From the NCBI GenBank assembly GCA_003151615.1, contig PLXZ01000001.1:244318-308317 (forward strand): a stretch of DNA of 64,000 bases, given 5' to 3'. This document shows positions 37,783-47,246 of the stretch, piece after piece. The stretch comes from Candidatus Tayloriibacteriota bacterium. GTDB taxonomy: Bacteria > Patescibacteriota > Minisyncoccia > Phycocordibacterales > PALSA-1337. The notes under the pieces are model-generated. The model had not been told where the DNA came from and ran no database searches. It saw only the letters and a list, made by a program, of their open reading frames with translations. The first letter of the stretch is position 1, and each line of letters starts with the position of its first letter. Both the position numbers and the translations under genes were made by a program.

Positions 37783-37963
37783 AATATATAATTTTGTTGT
37801 TCAGTGCGGAACAGGGGATTACGCCAATTTTAAAATAAAATTTTGATAAAGTTTTTGTAAAAAATAACCTTGCAAATATTTTCGGACGTGAGAGCATGGA
37901 GGCATGGAAGCACGCATCGCCATTCGCGAGGGACTGAAGCAGGAATAATGCTATACTTTTGAT

Positions 37964-38425
37964 ATGAATCCTGACGATCTTTCAGTCCCAGTTACCGACG
38001 ACGATGTTGCATCGAGCACGCCGCCGGTTAGCGACGTTTCGTCGTCGACGCCTGCAGATGATGATGGCGTGCCAATCGTTCAACAAGATTCCGCTGAACC
38101 TCCAGTCGTTCAATCTGCACCCGTACCTGTGTTTGTTTCTGCCGCACCGCCCGTTTTTGATCCGCATTCGGCCGATGAGATTGGTTTTTTGCGGACGGTA
38201 CTCGGGCCGCGCGCATGGGCTGCGCACCGGGCGCGGACGCAGGCCAAGCTGGACCGAATCATGGTTTTGGCGCATGAGAAAGGGCAGATCGACCGCAAGG
38301 ACGTCCGCAATCTTCTCAACTGTTCCAAACCCGCCTGTACCCGGCACCTAACCGCCCTTGTCCGCCAAGGTAAATTGACGCGGTATAAGGTGCTGGATGA
38401 CATGGTGTATAGGGTAACGGGGTGA
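37964..38425 (+). CDS. acidic/Pro-rich protein with C-terminal winged-helix DNA-binding domain
   Basis: C-terminus …RKDVRNLLNCSKPACTRHLTALVRQGKLTRY is wHTH-like. Confidence 0.5.
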   Translation: MNPDDLSVPVTDDDVASSTPPVSDVSSSTPADDDGVPIVQQDSAEPPVVQSAPVPVFVSAAPPVFDPHSADEIGFLRTVLGPRAWAAHRARTQAKLDRIMVLAHEKGQIDRKDVRNLLNCSKPACTRHLTALVRQGKLTRYKVLDDMVYRVTG

Positions 38426-38562
38426 GGAGTTTAAGGGGGGGGATTACTTGACCGCTCGTTGGCACGCGTGTTAAAGTCTTTTGTAGGTGCAAAGACGGGC
38501 AATTCAGCCCATTTTTGCAAGAACACGGTTCAAAAAACAGAAAACACAAGGAGTAGTAGAAG

Positions 38563-39291
38563 ATGAGACAATATATTGTTGCAGTAATGGCCGCGGGCAT
38601 TTGCGCCGCGGGCTTAACGAGCGCGTCGGCTGGTTTGACGGTTACTCAAAGCTTCGGATCAGTTCCGGTAGGCAGCTATAGCGGAACCGGTATTCCTGTG
38701 GATACATCGGTTAAAACGACGGTCACGGGCATACCGGGTCCTACTGTATTCTCTCCGTCGGACTCTCTGACGTTGGCCTTGAGCACGACTGCACATGGCG
38801 CATTCAATCCGGCGCCAGGAAATGACGGGGTCAGCACGTTCACGGTAGGCACCGGCCTCGTCAGCGGCAGATCAACATGGAATTACGATTACTACTTCAG
38901 TTCGGCCAATGGCGACCTGAGCGGTTATTCATTCCTGGTGACGATCCTGAATGTGGGCAACGGCGAAAGTTTTTCCTACAACCCGTTACTGGTCGGCGAC
39001 AACGTTGGCGGCCCGTCAAGCGCAGGAAATTCGGAGAGTCTCGACTTCATCTCCAGTTTCATCGGCTACAACCCGAATCTGAATGACACGTATGACGTTT
39101 CGCTCAGCGCATCAATCGGCAATAACGCACCGTTCGCGAGGACCAGCGAGCAGATCATCGCCGGCACGGGTGCACCAGCTCCCGTTCCCGAAGCTTCGAC
39201 GCTCATGTCCGGCGCATTGGTGTTGTTGCCGTTTGGTATCGGCACGCTTCGTTCCTTCCGCCGGAAAGCCGCATCGGCCCCGACGGCTTGA
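38563..39291 (+). CDS. secreted protein with PEP-CTERM-like C-terminal sorting domain
   Basis: Signal peptide; C-terminus PVPEASTLMSGALVLLPFGIGTLRSFRRKAASA (motif-TM-basic cluster). Confidence 0.55.
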   Translation: MRQYIVAVMAAGICAAGLTSASAGLTVTQSFGSVPVGSYSGTGIPVDTSVKTTVTGIPGPTVFSPSDSLTLALSTTAHGAFNPAPGNDGVSTFTVGTGLVSGRSTWNYDYYFSSANGDLSGYSFLVTILNVGNGESFSYNPLLVGDNVGGPSSAGNSESLDFISSFIGYNPNLNDTYDVSLSASIGNNAPFARTSEQIIAGTGAPAPVPEASTLMSGALVLLPFGIGTLRSFRRKAASAPTA

Positions 39292-39366
39292 AACTTGAAA
39301 AAAGTTTTGATTCATGAACCCCAGAGTGTAATGCTCTGCGGGTTTTTTCTTTATAAAAAGCAATGA

Positions 39367-40863
39367 TTATTCCACCACAACCTCGTGTTCATGGGTCAGC
39401 TTGCTCCGGTCCACTTTAATGAAAAAGGCGAAGAATCCGCCGATTAAAATGACGGTGGCGGCGGTGACGAAGACCGTGCTGTAGGCGTCGATCTGGGCTT
39501 TCAATTCCATGAGGCCGACGGCCGTGGCGAATTCGTGGGCGTTGACGAGCCCGGATGAGAGGCTTGATGAAAAACTATTTTTTGCGATGGTCAAAAGATG
39601 GCTGTTGGTTGAATTATTCAAAATGGTTCCGAAAATGGCGATGCCGAAGGCGCCGGCGATGTTGCGGGCGAGAGCAAGTACCGATGAGGCCACCCCGATT
39701 TCAGAGCTTGGCACGGCGACGGCGATGAGGTTTGTGCGCTGTGCCATTCCGAAGCCCATGCCGAATGCCATAATGAAAAGCGGCCAGATAATGGCCTGCG
39801 GCCCGGAACGCGGGTCGAGGCCGATGAACAGATACAATCCCGCCGCCGCGACGAACGTGGATGCCGCGATGACGTATGAGGGTTTCACTTTGCCGATGAG
39901 TCGTCCGCCGATAGGAGAAGCGAGCATGAAGGCGAATGCGAGAGGTATGAACAAATATCCCGATTGCGTTGCCGTGAGCCCGAGAAATGTTTGCGCGAAA
40001 ATCGGAATGAGGAAAATGCTTCCCATCATGCCCATGAAGACGATGAAATTATTGATAGTCGTATTCATGAAGAGGGAATTGCTGAAGAATTTCAGGTCGA
40101 CGATTGGTTCGGGATGATGTTTTTCGATGTAGACGAAGAGGATTCCGAAACCAATCGTCGCGATATAGCAGAGAATGCTGTTCATTGAAGTCCAACCCCA
40201 TGAAAGTCCCTGGTCAAGAACGAGAACCAATGCGGAAAGAGATGAACCGAGAACAATTGCGCCCCACCAGTCGAAGGCATGACTGACTCGTTCCTGCACG
40301 GATTCCTTCACGAAGGTCAGCGCCATGCCGAGACCGATAAGACCGACAGGAAGGTTGACGAGGAAGACCGATCTCCAGCCGAACGTATCAATGAGCGGCC
40401 CGCCGATGAGCGGTCCGAAAACCGAGGCGACAGCGAATGATGCCGACCAGATGCCGAGTGCCTGCGCGCGTTCCTTGCCCGTAAAAGTTACCGCGAGAAT
40501 GGCCATGGCGGTAGGGTAGTCTGCCGATGAAGCCACCGCCTGAATGATGCGGAAGACGATCATTGAAGCCAGATTCCATGACAGTCCGGCCAAAACCGAA
40601 CCTATGATGAATATTCCGAAGCCCAAGATGTAGACTTTTTTGCGGCCTTTGGTGTCGCCGAGCTTGCCCCAGATTGGCACGAAAACGGCATTGGCTAAAA
40701 TGTATGCGGTGGCGATCCACCCCGCGGCCGAAACAGTGATGCTGAAGTCGTTGATGATTTTCGGCAACGCCAAATTCACGATCGTCTGGTCAAGGCGTCC
40801 GAGAAATGTCCCCATCATGACTGTCGCGAGGACCCACCATCTGAGGTTCGACTTTTCTTCCAT
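39367..40863 (-). CDS. MFS drug:H+ antiporter, 14-TMS DHA2 family (EmrB/QacA-like)
   Basis: 14 TM helices with typical MFS motifs (GKLGDTKGRKKV). Confidence 0.85.
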   Translation of the reverse strand: MEEKSNLRWWVLATVMMGTFLGRLDQTIVNLALPKIINDFSITVSAAGWIATAYILANAVFVPIWGKLGDTKGRKKVYILGFGIFIIGSVLAGLSWNLASMIVFRIIQAVASSADYPTAMAILAVTFTGKERAQALGIWSASFAVASVFGPLIGGPLIDTFGWRSVFLVNLPVGLIGLGMALTFVKESVQERVSHAFDWWGAIVLGSSLSALVLVLDQGLSWGWTSMNSILCYIATIGFGILFVYIEKHHPEPIVDLKFFSNSLFMNTTINNFIVFMGMMGSIFLIPIFAQTFLGLTATQSGYLFIPLAFAFMLASPIGGRLIGKVKPSYVIAASTFVAAAGLYLFIGLDPRSGPQAIIWPLFIMAFGMGFGMAQRTNLIAVAVPSSEIGVASSVLALARNIAGAFGIAIFGTILNNSTNSHLLTIAKNSFSSSLSSGLVNAHEFATAVGLMELKAQIDAYSTVFVTAATVILIGGFFAFFIKVDRSKLTHEHEVVVE

Positions 40864-40917
40864 ATTTTTTTAAGGGGAGCGTACTCGCGGACACTTACGT
40901 CGAGTACTCTCGACGTA

Positions 40918-41583
40918 TTAATTTTTATAAATCCAAACTTTCGCCGACATGCCGTTGGTAAGTTCAGGATACGCCGTCACGTCGAAGCGGATTTTCACGT
41001 CGAATTCCTGCGTTTCGCGCGCGTCCGAAATGTTGAAGACAACATCGCCCTGGCGCGCGGTCGGGCTGATTTCATCCACGATGCCCTGATATTGTTTTCC
41101 GGCGAATGCGTCAACCGTGAAGACGACATGCTCGCCTACTTGGACCGACGAAAGACCCTTGTCCTCATCAAGATGCGCAACCGCGCGGAGAGTGGTCGGG
41201 TCAATCATGGTCACGATTGCATCGCTCGGGCTGACATTTTGTCCGATGCTGTTTTTGGTACTCGTAATGATGCCGGCAACCTGCGTCTGGATGAGCTGGT
41301 TGCCGACTTGTGCGACAGGGGTATCCGCGTTGACATGGTCTCCGACGTTGACGAATATTTTCTGAAGAACGCCGGGTGTCGTCGGACTCAGGGTAATGGT
41401 CGGCGCTTCAATGTCGGCCTGGTCAGTGTATACGCGGCTGTTGAGGGTTTTTAGGATGATTGCTCCGACGATTGCGAGCACGATCAGAATTACTACTCCA
41501 ATTATGCGCGCGGCTTTGCTTCGTGCCAGACGCGTGAGGATGGGTGTTTTCTTTGGTTGGCTATCTGTTTTTTGGTTTTCCAT
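40918..41583 (-). CDS. HlyD/EmrA-family membrane fusion protein (short)
   Basis: N-terminal TM, beta-barrel/lipoyl-like segments; upstream of and co-oriented with the MFS pump. Confidence 0.65.
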   Translation of the reverse strand: MENQKTDSQPKKTPILTRLARSKAARIIGVVILIVLAIVGAIILKTLNSRVYTDQADIEAPTITLSPTTPGVLQKIFVNVGDHVNADTPVAQVGNQLIQTQVAGIITSTKNSIGQNVSPSDAIVTMIDPTTLRAVAHLDEDKGLSSVQVGEHVVFTVDAFAGKQYQGIVDEISPTARQGDVVFNISDARETQEFDVKIRFDVTAYPELTNGMSAKVWIYKN

Positions 41584-41600
41584 GATGTTATTTAAAATTA

Positions 41601-43082
41601 TTATTGTCTCGCTGAGTTGCCGAATGACGCTATTGTATCGCTTGCGGACAGTCCGCTTTTCACTTCAACATATGTGCCTGTGTCCGAAGTCGAAGAAGCA
41701 TTTATTCCGGTAATGCCTGTCTGGACTTTGGTTTTAGTGAAGCTTCCATTTGCATTCTGCAGCTCGACATATGTGGCGGAGCTTTGGGTTACCAGGGCGC
41801 TGGAAGGTACGGCGACAACCTGAGACGCATACCCTGCATCGATGCTGACGTTCGCTGTCATGCCGGAAATAATTCGCGGGTCAGTCTGCGTGAAATGAAG
41901 AGTGATTTTATATGAATTAACTCCGTTCGTAACAGTTTCTGCCGGATCGATCTGCGTGACAATTGCAGGGAATACAGTACCGGAACCGTATGCGTCGAGT
42001 GTAATGTGCGCCGCATCGCCGACGGCAAGTTTCGCCACGTCAGTTTCGGAAACATAGACTTCAACTTTATATACCCCGGTGGATATAATTGTGAATGCGG
42101 GAGTGCCTGCCGCGAAAACTTCGCCGACTTTCGGTTCGGAGTCGGTGATAATGCCGTCGAATGGAGCTGTTATTACAGTGTGATTTATTTGGGCCTGGAT
42201 GGCATCCACTGCCGCCTGTTGCGCGGCTATTGTTGAAAGGGTGCCACCCGATTGTTCTACGGCGAGGGTTGCAGTTGCTTCCTGGTATCCAGCGAGAGCG
42301 TTGGTGTATTCTGATATTGCACCGTTTACTTCAGTTGCGGCGGTATTCACAGCCGTACGGTCGGCATTGATCTGTGCTTGGGTCAGGCCGCTACTTACGG
42401 TGTTCAAGTTAGTAGCTATGGCCGCAAGGTCGGTTAGGAATACTTTTGTTGCGGAAAGGGTAGTGCTGGCGCTCGTGGTGCTGGTTGTATTGTTCGTCCA
42501 TGCCGCCAAGAATCCCAATACATTTACGTACTCATTATTGATGGAAGCGGCTTGAGCCTGTGTTTGTGTATATACATTAATGGTAGGGTTGGCAGAACCC
42601 GGATTATTGAAGAGGGTGTCGATCTGATTTTGGACTGCATCGGTCGTTTTCAAATACGCATCGTGAATTGTAGAGTCGAGAGTTGTCTGTGCGTCGGTCG
42701 TTTTTTGCGAATACAATGCGATATCGGCAGGTTTCGCCCCTCCTTCGACTGATTGCAATCCCGCCTGCGCTGCTTCTAGATTTGCGTTCAATATGTCGGA
42801 GCGCAATGTACCCAGAATTTGACCCTGCTTTACATTGTTGCCTGCCTGGACGTTGACGGTCGCAATGGTGCCGCCGTTTCCGTCAAAGGCGAGAACGGCT
42901 TCCTGGTCAGGTTGAACCTGCCCGGTGCCTGTAACCGTTTCAACAATATTCATTTGATTGACCGGAACGGTGACATAGTGGGAGGTTGGGGTAGGAGTTG
43001 CCAAATATGCCGCGGCGGCGATTGCCCCGAGAGCCACGATTCCGCCGAGAGAATAGATGATTATTTTTTGTGCCTTTTTCAT
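41601..43082 (-). CDS. HlyD-family periplasmic adaptor with long Thr/Ala/Ser-rich coiled-coil region
   Basis: N-terminal anchor; lipoyl-like hairpin and C-terminal beta domain; paralog of 43625-45193 and 52196-54052. Confidence 0.6.
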   Translation of the reverse strand: MKKAQKIIIYSLGGIVALGAIAAAAYLATPTPTSHYVTVPVNQMNIVETVTGTGQVQPDQEAVLAFDGNGGTIATVNVQAGNNVKQGQILGTLRSDILNANLEAAQAGLQSVEGGAKPADIALYSQKTTDAQTTLDSTIHDAYLKTTDAVQNQIDTLFNNPGSANPTINVYTQTQAQAASINNEYVNVLGFLAAWTNNTTSTTSASTTLSATKVFLTDLAAIATNLNTVSSGLTQAQINADRTAVNTAATEVNGAISEYTNALAGYQEATATLAVEQSGGTLSTIAAQQAAVDAIQAQINHTVITAPFDGIITDSEPKVGEVFAAGTPAFTIISTGVYKVEVYVSETDVAKLAVGDAAHITLDAYGSGTVFPAIVTQIDPAETVTNGVNSYKITLHFTQTDPRIISGMTANVSIDAGYASQVVAVPSSALVTQSSATYVELQNANGSFTKTKVQTGITGINASSTSDTGTYVEVKSGLSASDTIASFGNSARQ

Positions 43083-43086
43083 TTTT

Positions 43087-43548
43087 TTAATTATTAAATT
43101 GAGCGTGTTTTCTGATTTTTCCTATGAAGTTCTCCAACAATTCCGCGGTGTGTCTGCGGTCGTCGTCGCGTATGTCCTTGAAAATTTTTTCAAAGGCCGC
43201 GGTAACCTCTCTCATCGCGGTGTCGAGAGCCTTCTTGCCCTTTGGCGTGATGGTCGGGCTCTGGCCCTTTTTGACCGCGAAACCGCCCTTGATCAGTATG
43301 CCTATTTGACGGCTGACTGATGCCTCCGTTACGTCCCAAAAATCCGCGATGACTTTCTGAGTCATCTCGGGTTTGTTGGCCAAAACGTACAGTATCCGGA
43401 ATTGCGAAACTCCGAAGCCCATTTTTTTACGCAGGACGCTGCTGGTCACGCGGTCGAGACATGCGCGCAGTTGCATAATAGGGCGTATGACGGAATGTAT
43501 CGGCGTTTTCAACGTCTTTACTCTTGTCGTTATTTTTGCTTGCGGCAT
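43087..43548 (-). CDS. MarR-family transcriptional regulator
   Basis: wHTH …VSQFRILYVLANKPEMTQKVIADFWDVTEASVSRQIGILIKGGFAV. Confidence 0.8.
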   Translation of the reverse strand: MPQAKITTRVKTLKTPIHSVIRPIMQLRACLDRVTSSVLRKKMGFGVSQFRILYVLANKPEMTQKVIADFWDVTEASVSRQIGILIKGGFAVKKGQSPTITPKGKKALDTAMREVTAAFEKIFKDIRDDDRRHTAELLENFIGKIRKHAQFNN

Positions 43549-43624
43549 GTGGATATCTTAACATGTTAAGATATCCACAGTCAAACCGTTTTCGTTAATG
43601 TCTTTTGTGGATAACTGTGCGATA

Positions 43625-45193
43625 ATGACAATATATATGACAACATTTTTCAAACATGCAAAGAAGTTTTTTCGCCGGAAGACCGTCATCGCGATAGTCA
43701 TAGTTCTGGTTATTATCGGATTCTTCGTCGCAAGGGCTGCAGGCAAGAGCGGAATTTCCGGAATACAGTCAACGGCTGTGGCATATGGAAATGTCGTCGA
43801 GCAGGTTTCGGTCACGGGAACAGTGTCGCCGGTTTCGCGCGCGGATCTTGCCTTTGAAAAAGGCGGAGTGGTTTCAGCGATCAACGTTGCCGTCGGCGAT
43901 CAGGTGAAGGCCGGACAGGCAATCGCGTCACTCGACAATGCGACGGATAGGGCATCGCTCGCTTCTGCCCAGGCGAAATTGGACGATTTGACCCGCAGTC
44001 TGACGCCGCAGGAATCGGCGGCAGATCAGTCGTCGGTAAATACGGCGCAGACTTCCATCAATAATGCCGAACAGGATGCAGTCAATGCCGCACAGCAGGG
44101 CTATGCGGAGACACTGTCGGCGATTACCAATTACGCGGACGTTTTCTTCAACAATCCGCAAACCTCGAACCCTACCGTCAACGTATATACGCAGACGCAG
44201 GCCACGGGCATTTCAATAAACAATGAACGCTTGGCCGTTTCAACAGCCCTGGCTCAGTGGAAATCGGATGCGTATGCGGCAAGTAACGCTTCCGGCGCGA
44301 CTTCGACTGCTGCGGCTTCAGCCCTGCTGAGTCGGACAAACAAATATCTGACGACAGTGAAGCAATTCGTGTCCGATCTTTCCACAATCATAAATACCCT
44401 GACGCCGGGAAATTCAGGTCTTTCTCAGGCGACGATAAATACGTATGTTTCATCCATGAATTCGTCCGCGACCGGAGTCAATCAGGCTGTGACGACGGTT
44501 TCCGGAGTTCAGACCGAGCTGACCAATGCATCCGCTTCATATTCGGCCGCACAGAACCAATTTGCTCTGGATGTAGCAGGTTCGTCCGCGCAGGCGATTG
44601 CGGCGCAGTCGGCTCAGGTCGCTTTGGCCCAGGCACAGCTTAATCAGGACACGATTATTTCTCCGATTGATGGCGTCGTAACGCAGAAAATTCCGAATGT
44701 CGGCGAATTTGTGCCGGCAGGACAGACGGAATTCAGCGTTCAGGGAACCGGTTTTAAAATTGAAGCATACGTGCCTGAGGCTGATATTGCAAAAGTGGCG
44801 ATTGGCGACATGGCTTCGGATACTCTCGACGCGTACGGTTCATATGTTGATTTTCCTTCGCAGGTAACCGCGATTGATCCCGCGCAGACTGTTTTGGAAG
44901 GCGTTCCGACGTACAAAGTTACTCTTAAATTCGTTAATCCCGATTCGCGAATTCTTTCCGGCATGACGGCCAACCTTGAAATCTTGACCCACGAAGCCGG
45001 CAATGTTTTGGAAATTCCGTATCGTGCAGTTCTTGTGACAGCAACGTCAACAACTGTGCGTTTGCTTAGCGCAGACGGAAAAACATTCACGACGGTTCCG
45101 GTTGTTGTCGGTTTGAAAGGTTCCGACGGCACGATTCAGGTTATTTCCGGTTTGAATGAAGGGGATAAGGTCGTGACATACATACCGAGCTAA
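43625..45193 (+). CDS. HlyD-family periplasmic adaptor (MacA-like)
   Basis: N-terminal TM; coiled-coil; C-terminal beta domains. Start at ATG 43625. Confidence 0.65.
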   Translation: MTIYMTTFFKHAKKFFRRKTVIAIVIVLVIIGFFVARAAGKSGISGIQSTAVAYGNVVEQVSVTGTVSPVSRADLAFEKGGVVSAINVAVGDQVKAGQAIASLDNATDRASLASAQAKLDDLTRSLTPQESAADQSSVNTAQTSINNAEQDAVNAAQQGYAETLSAITNYADVFFNNPQTSNPTVNVYTQTQATGISINNERLAVSTALAQWKSDAYAASNASGATSTAAASALLSRTNKYLTTVKQFVSDLSTIINTLTPGNSGLSQATINTYVSSMNSSATGVNQAVTTVSGVQTELTNASASYSAAQNQFALDVAGSSAQAIAAQSAQVALAQAQLNQDTIISPIDGVVTQKIPNVGEFVPAGQTEFSVQGTGFKIEAYVPEADIAKVAIGDMASDTLDAYGSYVDFPSQVTAIDPAQTVLEGVPTYKVTLKFVNPDSRILSGMTANLEILTHEAGNVLEIPYRAVLVTATSTTVRLLSADGKTFTTVPVVVGLKGSDGTIQVISGLNEGDKVVTYIPS

Positions 45194-45210
45194 TAAATAT
45201 ATGAAGGCCC

Positions 45211-45951
45211 ATGAAACCAGAAACAATCGAAAACATCATTTCCGTGAAAAATCTGAAGAAGTCATATCATGACGGGGTTGAAGCGACGACGGCTCTCGCG
45301 GGGGTAACGTTCGATGTGCGAAAAGGTGAATTCGTGGCGATTATGGGACCGTCGGGTTCGGGAAAATCGACGCTTCTGCATTTGCTCGGTTTGCTCGATT
45401 CCCCGACATCTGGGACGTATCATTTCAACGGCAAAAATACGACGACGTTTTCGGGCGATCAGCTGGCGGATTTGCGCAACCGCGAGCTCGGCTTCGTTTT
45501 TCAGGCTTTTAATTTGCTCGCAAGAACAAGTGTTTTGGAAAACGTGAAATTGCCGCTCATCTATTCGGAGAATATTCCGGAAAGCGAATGGAATGCCCGC
45601 GCGACGAAGGCGATCGAGGCGGTCGGTCTCGGCCATCGCATCAATCATGACCAGAGCGAATTGTCCGGTGGCGAGCGCCAGCGCGTGGCCATTGCCCGCG
45701 CACTCGTAACCGATCCTGAAATCATTTTCGCCGACGAACCGACGGGAAACCTCGATTCAAAGTCCGGCAAAAATGTCATGTCGATTTTGCAGGGTCTCAA
45801 TGAAAAAGAAGGGAAGACCATTATTCTGATCACCCACGAAACGGCTACGGCCGAACATGCCGAGCGCATTATTCGACTGCTCGACGGTGAGATTGAGACA
45901 GACACGAAGGTTCGCAACCGTCTCGGCGCGGATGCTGAGTATGTGAAATAG
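45211..45951 (+). CDS. ABC transporter ATP-binding protein (MacB/LolD-like)
   Basis: Walker [10 protein letters not shown], signature [15 protein letters not shown], Walker [13 protein letters not shown]. Confidence 0.9.
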   Translation: MKPETIENIISVKNLKKSYHDGVEATTALAGVTFDVRKGEFVAIMGPSGSGKSTLLHLLGLLDSPTSGTYHFNGKNTTTFSGDQLADLRNRELGFVFQAFNLLARTSVLENVKLPLIYSENIPESEWNARATKAIEAVGLGHRINHDQSELSGGERQRVAIARALVTDPEIIFADEPTGNLDSKSGKNVMSILQGLNEKEGKTIILITHETATAEHAERIIRLLDGEIETDTKVRNRLGADAEYVK

Positions 45952-45975
45952 CATGTCAATTTTTTTATATTTTAT

Positions 45976-47214
45976 ATGACCTACCGCCATCTTTTCAAAA
46001 CTTCTCTCACAGGACTCTCGACAAACAGGTCGAGGTCGTTTCTGACGATTCTCGGAATTGTCATTGGTATCACTGCAATTATGCTGGTGGTGTCGCTTGG
46101 TGCCGGAGCGCAGGGTTTGATTCTCGGCGAAGTGCAGGGACTTGGCACGAATACGATCGCCATAATTCCCGGACAGATTTCGACCAGTCCTTCCAATGTT
46201 TCGGCGCTGTACAGCGATTCGTTGAAGCCGGCTGATGTTACGGCCCTTTTGAATAAAGCCAATGTGCCGAATCTGGTATCGCTCATGCCGGTTGTTTTGG
46301 GCGCATCGACCGCTTCATATAATTCAAATACGTATCAAGTGACGATTTTCGGCGCGACGGATTTGATCGCGAATATTTTCAATCTGGTTCCATCGGAAGG
46401 ACAGTTTTTTGACCAGACTGATGTTGCCGGGGCCGCGAGCGTGGCAGTCATCGGCGCGGACACTGCTACGTATCTTTTTGACAATCAGGATCCGCTCAAT
46501 CAAAGTATAAATATAAAGGGGCGAAATTTCCGTGTTGTGGCGGTTCTGCCGAAATCCGGTGGCGGTTCGATTTTCGATTTTGATTCGATGGTCATCATGC
46601 CGTACACCACGGCGCAGACGTATGTGACGGGACAGAAATATTACAACCGAATCATTACCCAGGCGACCAACGATGCGGCTGTGCCGGAAACCGCGCAGGA
46701 CATCCGTTTGACGCTCGAAGAATCGCACAATATTACCGATCCGACGAAGGATGACTTTACCGTGCAGACACAACAGTCGCTCGCGGATACTCTCGGTACT
46801 ATTACTAGCGCATTAACTTGGTTTTTGGTTTCAGTCGCATCGATCGCACTGTTTGTCGGGGGAGTTGGAATTATGAATATCATGCTCGTTTCTGTCACGG
46901 AACGAACGCGCGAAATCGGCTTGCGAAAAGCATTGGGTGCGAAAGACCGCGATATTTTGTCGCAGTTTTTGCTTGAAGCGGTGCTGCTGACTATTATTGG
47001 TGGAATTGTCGGTATTCTGCTCGGCTCGTCGCTTGCATTTTTAGTCGCATTCATTTTGTCGCATGCTCTCGGTTTGAATTGGCAATTTGTTTTTCCATGG
47101 ACGGGCGCGGCGCTCGGTTTGACGGTTTCCGCGGTCATTGGTCTTGTGTTCGGAGGATATCCGGCGAATCAAGCAAGCAAGAAGAGTCCGATCGAGGCAC
47201 TGAGGTATGAGTAA
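45976..47214 (+). CDS. ABC transporter permease, FtsX/MacB-type
   Basis: N-terminal TM, large periplasmic domain, C-terminal 3-TM FtsX domain. Confidence 0.85.
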   Translation: MTYRHLFKTSLTGLSTNRSRSFLTILGIVIGITAIMLVVSLGAGAQGLILGEVQGLGTNTIAIIPGQISTSPSNVSALYSDSLKPADVTALLNKANVPNLVSLMPVVLGASTASYNSNTYQVTIFGATDLIANIFNLVPSEGQFFDQTDVAGAASVAVIGADTATYLFDNQDPLNQSINIKGRNFRVVAVLPKSGGGSIFDFDSMVIMPYTTAQTYVTGQKYYNRIITQATNDAAVPETAQDIRLTLEESHNITDPTKDDFTVQTQQSLADTLGTITSALTWFLVSVASIALFVGGVGIMNIMLVSVTERTREIGLRKALGAKDRDILSQFLLEAVLLTIIGGIVGILLGSSLAFLVAFILSHALGLNWQFVFPWTGAALGLTVSAVIGLVFGGYPANQASKKSPIEALRYE

Positions 47215-47246
47215 TCATTTGAAAAAGTGCATAGAAGATATATAAT

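Noticed and set aside
39509-40720. ORFs antisense to the MFS DHA2 gene (39509-40117, 39964-40188, 40388-40720)
   Set aside because: Embedded in a 14-TM transporter CDS with strong support.
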